Both the position numbers and the translations under genes were made by a program. Below are positions 53,501-64,000 of a DNA stretch of 64,000 bases, one piece after another (position 1 is the stretch's first letter; each line of letters begins with the position of its first letter). The stretch comes from Paragordius varius. Its lineage: Eukaryota > Animalia > Nematomorpha. Under the pieces are notes generated by a model that did not search any database, had not been told where the DNA came from, and saw nothing but the letters and a program-made list of their open reading frames with translations. Where the stretch lies: assembly GCA_964247055.1 (NCBI GenBank), contig OZ176053.1:13516001-13580000 (forward strand), in the 5' to 3' direction.

Positions 53501-56500
53501 AAAAATCGGATATTGGTCACCAGTGAACAAAATTATTTTTTATACATTCTCTTAGTAAGAAATATAGAGATAGTTTGTCAAACTCTTTTCATATCCGATT
53601 TTTACAACGATACTTTAAAAATTAATGTATGATTTAGCATACGACAATATTCAAGTTAAACTTTGTCCTTAAAAATCGGATATTGGTGACCGGTGAACGA
53701 AACTATTTTCTATACATTCTCTTAGAAGGACTACATTAAAATATAGAGATAGTTTGACAAACTCTTTCATATCCGATTTTTACAACGATACTTGAAAAAA
53801 TTGATGTATGAAAATCGTATCAATACTCAAGTTAAACTTTGTCCTTAAAAATCGGATATTGGTCACCAGTGAATAAAATTATTTTTTATACATTCTCTTA
53901 GTAAGAAATATAGAGATAGTTTGACAAACTCTTTCATATCCGATTTTTACAACGATACTTTAAAAATTAATGTATAAAACTAGTCATATCAATAAATCGC
54001 ATCAATACTCAAGTTAAACTTTGTCCTTAAAAATCGGATATTGGTCACCGGTGAACAAAATTATTTTTTATACATTCTCTTTAAGACTACATCAAAATAT
54101 AGAGATAGTTTGACAAACTCTTTAATATCTGATTTTTAGAGCGATACTTTAAAAATTAATGTATAATTTAGCATACGACAATAAGCAAGTTAAACTTTGT
54201 CCTTAAAAATCGGATATTAGTCGCCGGTAAAGAAAATAATCTTTTATACATTCTCTTAGTAGTACTACATCAAAATATGGAGATAGTTTGACAAACTCTT
54301 TAATATCTGATTTTTAGAGCGATACTTTAAAAATTAATGTATAATTTAGCATACGAGAATAAGCAAGTTAAACTTTGTCCTTAAAAATCGGATATTGGTC
54401 TCCGGTGAACAAAATTATTTTTTATACATTCTATTATTAAGATACATCAAAATATAGAGATAGTTTGACTAACTCTTTCATATCCGATTTTTACAACGAT
54501 ACTTTTAAAATTAATGTATAAAACTAATCGCATCAATACTCAAGTTAAACTTTGTCCTTAACAATCGGATATTGGTCTTTGGTGAACAAAATTATTTTTT
54601 ATACATTCTCTTATTAAGACTACATCAAAATATAGAGATAGTTTGACAAACTCTTTCATATCCGATTTTTACAACGATACTTTAAAAATTATTGTATAAA
54701 ACTAGTCGCATCAATACTCAAGTTAAACTTTGTCCTTAAAAATCGGATATTGGTCACCAGTGAACAAAATTATTTTTTATACATTCTCTTAGTAAGAAAT
54801 ATAGAGATAGTTTGACAAACTCTTTCATATCCGATTTTTACAACGATACTTTAAAAATTAATGTATAAAACTAGTCGCATCAATACTCGAGTTAAATTTT
54901 GTCCTTAAAAATGGGATATTGGTCACCGGTGAACAAAACTATTTTTTATACATTCTCTTAGTACGACTACATTAAAATATAGAGATAGTTTGACAAATTC
55001 TTTCATATCCGATTTTTACAACGATACTTTAAAAATTAATGTATAAAACTAGTCGCATCAATACTCAAGTTAAACTTTGTCAAAAATCGGATATTGGTCA
55101 CCGGTGAACAAAACTATTTTTTATAATTCTTTTAGTAAGACTACATCAAAATATAGAGATAGTTTGACAAACTCTTTAATATCTGATTTTTACAACGATA
55201 CTTTAAAAATTAATGTATGATTTAGCATACGACAATATTCAAGTTAAACTTTGTCCTTAAAAATCGGATATTGGTGACCGGTGAACGAAACTATTTTCTA
55301 TACATTCTCTTAGAAGGACTACATTAAAATATAGAGATAGTTTGACAAACTCTTTCATATCCGATTTTTACAACGATACTTGAAAAAATTAATGTATAAA
55401 ACTAGTCGTATCAATACTCAAGTTAAACTTTGTCCTTAAAAATCGGATATTGGTCACCAGTGAACAAAATTATTTTTTATACATTCTCTTAGTAAGAAAT
55501 ATAGAGATAGTTTGACAAACTCTTTCATATCCGATTTTTACAACGATACTTTAAAAATTAATATATAAAACTAGTCGTATCAATAAATCGCATCAATACT
55601 CAAGTTAAACTTTGTCCTTAAAAATCGGATATTGGTCACCGGTGAACAAAATTATTTTTTATACATTCTCTTATTAAGACTACATCAAAATATAGAGATA
55701 GTTTGACAAACTCTTTCATATCCGATTTTTACAACGATACTTTAAAAATTTATGTATGATTTAGCATACGACAATATTCAAGTTAAACTTTGTCCTTAAA
55801 AATCGGATATTGGTGACCGGTGAACGAAACTATTTTCTATACATTCTCTTAGAAGGACTACATTAAAATATAGAGATAGTTTGACAAACTCTTTCATATC
55901 CGATTTTTACAACGATACTTGAAAAAATTGATGTATAAAAATAGTCGTATCAATACTCAAGTTAAACTTTGTCCTTAAAAATCGGATATTGGTCACCAGT
56001 GAACAAAATTATTTTTTATACATTCTCTTAGTAAGAAATATAGAGATAGTTTGACAAACTCTTTCATATCCGATTTTTACAACGATACTTTAAAAATTAA
56101 TGTATAAAACTAGTCATATCAATAAATCGCATCAATACTCAAGTTAAACTTTGTCCTTAAAAATCGGATATTGGTCACCGGTGAACAAAATTATTTTTTA
56201 TACATTCTCTTTAAGACTACATCAAAATATAGAGATAGTTTGACAAACTCTTTAATATCTGATTTTTAGAGCGATACTTTAAAAATTAATGTATAATTTA
56301 GCATACGACAATAAGCAAGTTAAACTTTGTCCTTAAAAATCGGATATTAGTCGCCGGTAAAGAAAATAATCTTTTATACATTCTCTTAGTAGTACTACAT
56401 CAAAATATAGAGATAGTTTGACAAACTCTTTAATATCTGATTTTTAGAGCGATACTTTAAAAATTAATGTATAATTTAGCATACGACAATATTCAAGTTA

Positions 56501-59500
56501 AACTTTGTCCTTAAAAATCGGATATTGGTGACCGGTGAACGAAACTATTTTCTATACATTCTCTTAGAAGGACTACATTAAAATATAGAGATAGTTTGAC
56601 AAACTCTTTCATATCCGATTTTTACAACGATACTTGAAAAAATTGATGTATAAAAATCGTATCAATACTCAAGTTAAACTTTGTCCTTAAAAATCGGATA
56701 TTGGTCACCAGTGAACAAAATTATTTTTTATACATTCTCTTAGTAAGAAATATAGAGATAGTTTGACAAACTCTTTCATATCCGATTTTTACAACGATAC
56801 TTTAAAAATTAATGTATAAAACTAGTCGCATCAATACTCAAGTTAAATTTTGTCCTTAAAACTGGGATATTGGTCACCGGTGAACAAAACTATTTTTTAT
56901 ACATTCTCTTACTAAGACTACATTAAAATATAGAGATAGTTTGACAAATTCTTTCATATCCGATTTTTACAACGATACTTTAAAAATTAATGAATAAAAC
57001 TAGTCGCATCAATACTCAATTTAAACTTTGTCAAAAATCGGATATTGGTCACCGGTGAACAAAACTATTTTTTATAATTCTTTTAGTAAGACTACATCAA
57101 AATATAGAGATAGTTTGACAAACTCTTTAATATCTGATTTTTACAACGATACTTTAAAAATTAATGTCTAATTTAGCATACGACAATATTCAAGTTAAAC
57201 TTTGTCCTTAAAAATCGGATATTGGTGACCGGTGAACGAAACTATTTTCTATACATTCTCTTAGAAGGACTACATTAAAATATAGAGATAGTTTGACAAA
57301 CTCTTTCATATCCGATTTTTACAACGATACTTGAAAAATTAATGTATGATTTAGCATACGACAATATTCAAGTTAAACTTTGTCCTTAAAAATCGGATAT
57401 TGGTGACCGGTGAACGAAACTATTTTCTATACATTCTCTTAGAAGGACTACATTAAAATATAGAGATAGTTTGACAAACTCTTTCATATCCGATTTTTAC
57501 AACGATACTTGAAAAAATTAATGTATAAAACTAGTCGTATCAATACTCAAGTTAAACTTTGTCCTTAAAAATCGGATATTGGTCACCAGTGAACAAAATT
57601 ATTTTTTATACATTCTCTTAGTAAGAAATATAGAGATAGTTTGTCAAATTCTTTTCATATCCGATTTTTACAACGATACTTTAAAAATTAATGTATGATT
57701 TAGCATACGACAATATTCAAGTTAAACTTTGTCCTTAAAAATCGGATATTGGTGACCGGTGAACGAAACTATTTTCTATACATTCTCTTAGAAGGACTAC
57801 ATTAAAATATAGAGATAGTTTGACAAACTCTTTCATATCCGATTTTTACAACGATACTTGAAAAAATTGATGTATGAAAATCGTATCAATACTCAAGTTA
57901 AACTTTGTCCTTAAAAATCGGATATTGGTCACCAGTGAATAAAATTATTTTTTATACATTCTCTTAGTAAGAAATATAGAGATAGTTTGACAAACTCTTT
58001 CATATCCGATTTTTACAACGATACTTTAAAAATTAATGTATAAAACTAGTCATATCAATAAATCGCATCAATACTCAAGTTAAACTTTGTCCTTAAAAAT
58101 CGGATATTGGTCACCGGTGAACAAAATTATTTTTTATACATTCTCTTTAAGACTACATCAAAATATAGAGATAGTTTGACAAACTCTTTAATATCTGATT
58201 TTTAGAGCGATACTTTAAAAATTAATGTATAATTTAGCATACGACAATAAGCAAGTTAAACTTTGTCCTTAAAAATCGGATAATAGTCGCCGGTAAAGAA
58301 AATAATCTTTTATACATTCTCTTAGTAGTACTACATCAAAATATAGAGATAGTTTGACAAACTCTTTAATATCTGATTTTTAGAGCGATACTTTAAAAAT
58401 TAATGTATAATTTAGCATACGAGAATAAGCAAGTTAAACTTTGTCCTTAAAAATCGGATATTGGTCTCCGGTGAACAAAATTATTTTTTATACATTCTAT
58501 TATTAAGATACATCAAAATATAGAGATAGTTTGACTAACTCTTTCATATCCGATTTTTACAACGATACTTTTAAAATTAATGTATAAAACTAATCGCATC
58601 AATACTCAAGTTAAACTTTGTCCTTAACAATCGGATATTGGTCTTTGGTGAACAAAATTATTTTTTATACATTCTCTTATTAAGACTACATCAAAATATA
58701 GAGATAGTTTGACAAACTCTTTCATATCCGATTTTTACAACGATACTTTAAAAATTATTGTATAAAACTAGTCGCATCAATACTCAAGTTAAACTTTGTC
58801 CTTAAAAATCGGATATTGGTCACCAGTGAACAAAATTATTTTTTATACATTCTCTTAGTAAGAAAAATAGAGATAGTTTGACAAACTCTTTCATATCCGA
58901 TTTTTACAACGATACTTTAAAAATTAATGTATAAAACTAGTCGCATCAATACTCAAGTTAAATTTTGTCCTTAAAAATGGGATATTGGTCACCGGTGAAC
59001 AAAACTATTTTTTATACATTCTCTTAGTACGACTACATTAAAATATAGAGATAGTTTGACAAATTCTTTCATATCCGATTTTTACAACGATACTTTAAAA
59101 ATTAATGTATAAAACTAGTCGCATCAATACTCAAGTTAAACTTTGTCAAAAATCGGATATTGGTCACCGGTGAACAAAACTATTTTTTATAATTCTTTTA
59201 GTAAGACTACATCAAAATATAGAGATAGTTTGACAAACTCTTTAATATCTGATTTTTACAACGATACTTTAAAAATTAATGTATGATTTAGCATACGACA
59301 ATATTCAAGTTAAACTTTGTCCTTAAAAATCGGATATTGGTGACCGGTGAACGAAACTATTTTCTATACATTCTCTTAGAAGGACTACATTAAAATATAG
59401 AGATAGTTTGACAAACTCTTTCATATCCGATTTTTACAACGATACTTGAAAAAATTAATGTATAAAACTAGTCGTATCAATACTCAAGTTAAACTTTGTC

Positions 59501-59810
59501 CTTAAAAATCGGATATTGGTCACCAGTGAACAAAATTATTTTTTATACATTCTCTTAGTAAGAAATATAGAGATAGTTTGACAAACTCTTTCATATCCGA
59601 TTTTTACAACGATACTTTAAAAATTAATATATAAAACTAGTCGTATCAATAAATCGCATCAATACTCAAGTTAAACTTTGTCCTTAAAAATCGGATATTG
59701 GTCACCGGTGAACAAAATTATTTTTTATACATTCTCTTATTAAGACTACATCAAAATATAGAGATAGTTTGACAAACTCTTTCATATCCGATTTTTACAA
59801 CGATACTTTG
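47600..59810. repeat. Satellite B 23-mer HOR, 4066 bp, ~3.0 copies
   Basis: Constant 4066 offset: CTTTGGTGAA at 50511, 54577, 58643; ATGGAGATAG at 50211/54277; AGAGCGATA at 48136, 52202 and later. I counted 23 monomers between 50551 and 54617. The pattern is lost at ~59810. Confidence 0.93.
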
Positions 59811-61206
59811 AAAATTAATGTATAAAACTAGTCGCATCAATACTCAAGTTAAACTTTGTCAAAAATCGGATATTGGTCACCGGTGAACAAAACTATTTTC
59901 TATACATTCTCTTAGAAGGACTACATTAAAATATAGAGATAGTTTGACAAACTATCTCTATATCCGATTTTTACAACGATACTTGAAAAAATTAATGTAT
60001 AAAACTAGTCGTATCAATACTCAAGTTAAACTTTGTCCTTAAAAATCGGATATTGGTCACCGGTGACCAAAATTATTTTTTATACATTCTCTTAGAAGGA
60101 CTACATTAAAATATAGAGATAGTTTGACTAACTCTTTCATATCCGATTTTTACAACGATACTTTTAAAATTAATGTATGATTAAGCATACGACAATATTC
60201 AAGTTAAACTTTGTCCTTAAAAATCGGATATTGGTGACCGGTGAACGAAACTATTTTCTATACATTCTCTTAGAAGGACTACATTAAAATATAGAGATAG
60301 TTTGACAAACTATCTCTATATCCGATTTTTACAACGATACTTGAAAAAATTAATGTATAAAACTAGTCGTATCAATACTCAAGTTAAACTTTGTCCTTAA
60401 AAATCGGATATTGGTCACCGGTGAACAAAATTATTTTTTATACATTCTCTTATTAAGACTACATCAAAATATAGAGATAGTTTGACAAACTCTTTCATAT
60501 CCGATTTTTACAACGATACTTTGAAAATTAATGTATAAAACTAGTCGCATCAATACTCAAGTTAAACTTTGTCAAAAATCGGATATTGGTCACCGGTGAA
60601 CAAAACTATTTTCTATACATTCTCTTAGAAGGACTACATTAAAATATAGAGATAGTTTGACAAACTATCTCTATATCCGATTTTTACAACGATACTTGAA
60701 AAAATTAATGTATAAAACTAGTCGTATCAATACTCAAGTTAAACTTTGTCCTTAAAAATCGGATATTGGTCACCGGTGACCAAAATTATTTTTTATACAT
60801 TCTCTTAGAAGGACTACATTAAAATATAGAGATAGTTTGACTAACTCTTTCATATCCGATTTTTACAACGATACTTTTAAAATTAATGTATGATTTAGCA
60901 TACGACAATATTCAAGTTAAACTTTGTCCTTAAAAATCGGATATTGGTGACCGGTGAACGAAACTATTTTCTATACATTCTCTTAGAAGGACTACATTAA
61001 AATATAGAGATAGTTTGACAAACTATCTCTATATCCGATTTTTACAACGATACTTGAAAAAATTAATGTATAAAACTAGTCGTATCAATACTCAAGTTAA
61101 ACTTTGTCCTTAAAAATCGGATATTGGTCACCGGTGACCAAAATTATTTTTTATACATTCTCTTATTAAGACTACATCAAAATATAGAGATAGTTTGACA
61201 AACTCT
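59657..61206. repeat. Satellite B 4-mer tandem duplication (713-bp period, ~2.2 copies) carrying perfect 33-bp hairpin variant
   Basis: Offset 713 at 59761/60474, 59931/60644 and 60289/61002. Confidence 0.88.
59931..59963. other. Perfect 33-bp hairpin (16-bp arms, 1-nt centre); further copies at 60289-60321, 60644-60676, 61002-61034
   Basis: ATATAGAGATAGTTTG-A-CAAACTATCTCTATAT; the right arm is the exact reverse complement of the left arm. Confidence 0.95.
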
Positions 61207-61710
61207 TTAATATCTGATTTTTACAACGATACTTTAAAAATTAATGTATGATTTAGCATACGACAATATTCAAGTTAAACTTTGTCCTTAAAAATCGGAT
61301 ATTGGTGACCGGTGAACGAAACTATTTTCTATACATTCTCTTAGAAGGACTACATTAAAATATAGAGATAGTTTGACAAACTCTTTCATATCCGATTTTT
61401 ACAACGATACTTGAAAAAATTAATGTATAAAACTAGTCGTATCAATACTCAAGTTAAACTTTGTCCTTAAAAATCGGATAATGGTCACCAGTGAACAAAA
61501 TTATTTTTTATACATTCTCTTAGTAAGAAATATAGAGATAGTTTGACAAACTCTTTCATATCCGATTTTTACAACGATACTTTAAAAATTAATATATAAA
61601 ACTAGTCGTATCAATAAATCGCATCAATACTCAAGTTAAACTTTGTCCTTAAAAATCGGATATTGGTCACCGGTGAACAAAATTATTTTTTATACATTCT
61701 CTTATTAAGA

Positions 61711-63460
61711 CTACATCAAAATATAGAGATAGTTTGACAAACTCTTTCATATCCGATTTTTACAACGATACTTTGAAAATTAATGTATAAAACTAGTCGC
61801 ATCAATACTCAAGTTAAACTTTGTCAAAAATCGGATATTGGTCACCGGTGAACAAAACTATTTTTTATACATTCTTTTAGTAAGACTACATCAAAATATA
61901 GAGATAGTTTGACTAACTCTTTCATCTCCGATTTTTACAACGATACTTTGAAAATTAATGTATAAAACTAGTCGCATCAATACTCAAGTTAAACTTTGTC
62001 AAAAATCGGATATTGGTCACCGGTGAACAAAACTATTTTTTATACATTCTTTTAGTAAGACTACATCAAAATATAGAGATAGTTTGACTAACTCTTTCAT
62101 ATCCGATTTTTACAACGATACTTTTAAAATTAATGTATAAAACTAATCGCATCAATACTCAAGTTAAACTTTGTCCTTAACAATCGGATATTGGTCTTTG
62201 GTGAACAAAATTATTTTTTATACATTCTCTTATTAAGACTACATCAAAATATAGAGATAGTTTGACAAACTCTTTCATCTCCGATTTTTACAACGATACT
62301 TTGAAAATTAATGTATAAAACTAGTCGCATCAATACTCAAGTTAAACTTTGTCAAAAATCGGATATTGGTCACCGGTGAACAAAACTATTTTTTATACAT
62401 TCTTTTAGTAAGACTACATCAAAATATAGAGATAGTTTGACTAACTCTTTCATATCCGATTTTTACAACGATACTTTGAAAATTAATGTATAAAACTAGT
62501 CGCATCAATACTCAAGTTAAACTTTGTCAAAAATCGGATATTGGTCACCGGTGAACAAAACTATCTTTTATACATTCTCTTAGTAGTACTACATCAAAAT
62601 ATAGAGATAGTTTGACAAACTCTTTCATCTCCGATTTTTACAACGATACTTTGAAAATTAATGTATAAAACTAGTCGCATCAATACTCAAGTTAAACTTT
62701 GTCAAAAATCGGATATTGGTCACCGGTGAACAAAACTATTTTTTATACATTCTTTTAGTAAGACATCAAAATATAGAGATAGTTTGACTAACTCTTTCAT
62801 CTCCGATTTTTACAACGATACTTTGAAAATTAATGTATAAAACTAGTCGCATCAATACTCAAGTTAAACTTTGTCAAAAATCGGATATTGGTCACCGGTG
62901 AACAAAACTATTTTTTATACATTCTTTTAGTAAGACTACATCAAAATATAGAGATAGTTTGACTAACTCTTTCATCTCCGATTTTTACAACGATACTTTG
63001 AAAATTAATGTATAAAACTAGTCGCATCAATACTCAAGTTAAACTTTGTCAAAAATCGGATATTGGTCACCGGTGACCAAAACTATTTTTTATACATTCT
63101 TTTAGTAAGACTACATCAAAATATAGAGATAGTTTGACTAACTCTTTCATCTCCGATTTTTACAACGATACTTTGAAAATTAATGTATAAAACTAGTCGC
63201 ATCAATACTCAAGTTAAACTTTGTCAAAAATCGGATATTGGTCACCGGTGAACAAAACTATTTTTTATACATTCTTTTAGTAAGACTACATCAAAATATA
63301 GAGATAGTTTGACTAACTCTTTCATCTCCGATTTTTACAACGATACTTTGAAAATTAATGTATAAAACTAGTCGCATCAATACTCAAGTTAAACTTTGTC
63401 AAAAATCGGATATTGGTCACCGGTGAACAAAACTATTTTTTATACATTCTCTTACTAAGA
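61711..63460. repeat. Locally homogenised run of 175-bp satellite B monomers (10 monomers, 9 of the short type)
   Basis: Monomers have a 3-bp deletion (GTCAAAAATCGG) and CTTTGAAAATT, and often GACTAACTC and CATCTCCG. TCAAAATATA occurs at 62941, 63116 and 63291 (175-bp period). Confidence 0.9.
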
Positions 63461-64000
63461 CTACATTAAAATATAGAGATAGTTTGACAAATTCTTTCAT
63501 ATCCGATTTTTACAACGATACTTTAAAAATTAATGTATGATTTAGCATACGACAATATTCAAGTTAAACTTTGTCCTTAAAAATCGGATATTGGTGACCG
63601 GTGAACGAAACTATTTTCTATACATTCTCTTAGAAGGACTACATTAAAATATAGAGATAGTTTGACAAACTCTTTCATATCCGATTTTTACAACGATACT
63701 TTAAAAATTAATGTATAAAACTAGTCGCATCAATACTCAAGTTAAATTTTGTCCTTAAAAATGGGATATTGGTCACCGGTGAACAAAACTATTTTTTATA
63801 CATTCTCTTAGTACGACTACATTAAAATATAGAGATAGTTTGACAAATTCTTTCATATCCGATTTTTACAACGATACTTTAAAAATTAATGTATAAAACT
63901 AGTCGCATCAATACTCAAGTTAAACTTTGTCAAAAATCGGATATTGGTCACCGGTGAACAAAACTATTTTTTATAATTCTTTTAGTAAGACTACATCAAA

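Larger units (their letters stand above)
8911..64000. repeat. Satellite B tandem array, 178-bp consensus monomer (~310 copies; runs off the window end)
   Basis: Head-to-tail repeats of TACATCAAAATATAGAGATAGTTTGACAAACTCTTTCATATCCGATTTTTACAACGATACTTTAAAAATTAATGTATAAAACTAGTCGCATCAATACTCAAGTTAAACTTTGTCCTTAAAAATCGGATATTGGTCACCGGTGAACAAAATTATTTTTTATACATTCTCTTAGTAAGAC. Starts at 8911, 9102, 9280, 9458. Length variants include 169, 175, 178 and 191 bp. Confidence 0.99.

Noticed and set aside
1-64000. CRISPR-like repeat-spacer array
   Set aside because: Entire monomers are repeated, there are no unique spacers, and there are no cas genes.
1-64000. CENP-B box (NTTCGNNNNANNCGGGN)
   Set aside because: No match seen in either consensus on either strand by eye; TTCG occurs only as sporadic variants without the CGGG half.
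8911-64000. Identity with a known 178-bp plant centromeric repeat or a named insect/nematode ~170-180-bp satellite
   Set aside because: Only the length coincides, and I do not recognise the sequence. A Dfam/Repbase/nt search is needed.
1-64000. Phased A-tract curvature
   Set aside because: A/T tracts are abundant, but the spacings I read in B (positions 7, 46, 64, 78, 118, 146, 153) are not a clean ~10.5-bp series. It cannot be supported without computation.
1-64000. Promoters, terminators, tRNA or rRNA genes
   Set aside because: TATA-like words and hairpins followed by T runs are expected by chance in this composition and repeat with every monomer. No RNA-gene structure was seen.

Overview
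The whole 64 kb window is AT-rich tandem satellite DNA of eukaryotic centromeric/pericentromeric type. I found no genes, RNA genes, CRISPR arrays, transposon insertions or orientation switches. Two unrelated-looking families abut at 8910/8911. Satellite A (1-8911) has a ~173-bp monomer (26% GC by hand count), 51 full copies plus one truncated, organised as a 1555-bp 9-mer higher-order repeat (HOR) built on an alternating two-class dimer. Satellite B (8911-64000) has a 178-bp consensus monomer (~27.5% GC), roughly 310 copies, and is layered: patchy segmental duplications (9-21 kb), 4.0-4.4 kb and 2.47 kb periodicities (21-37 kb), a diverged seam (43.2-44.5 kb), three copies of a 4066-bp 23-mer HOR (47.6-59.8 kb), a 713-bp 4-mer duplication and a homogenised 175-bp run. 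Both monomers are rich in dyad symmetry. The most interesting signals are three. (1) A multi-base change that converts a quasi-palindrome into a perfect 33-bp hairpin, a template-switch signature, has been amplified to 4 copies. (2) The A/B junction falls at the foot of a perfect 24-bp AT palindrome. (3) Both HORs show nested ancestry. I cannot name the organism or the satellite families. The single ORF in the track is spurious. All counts and offsets were read by eye, and domain boundaries are approximate.
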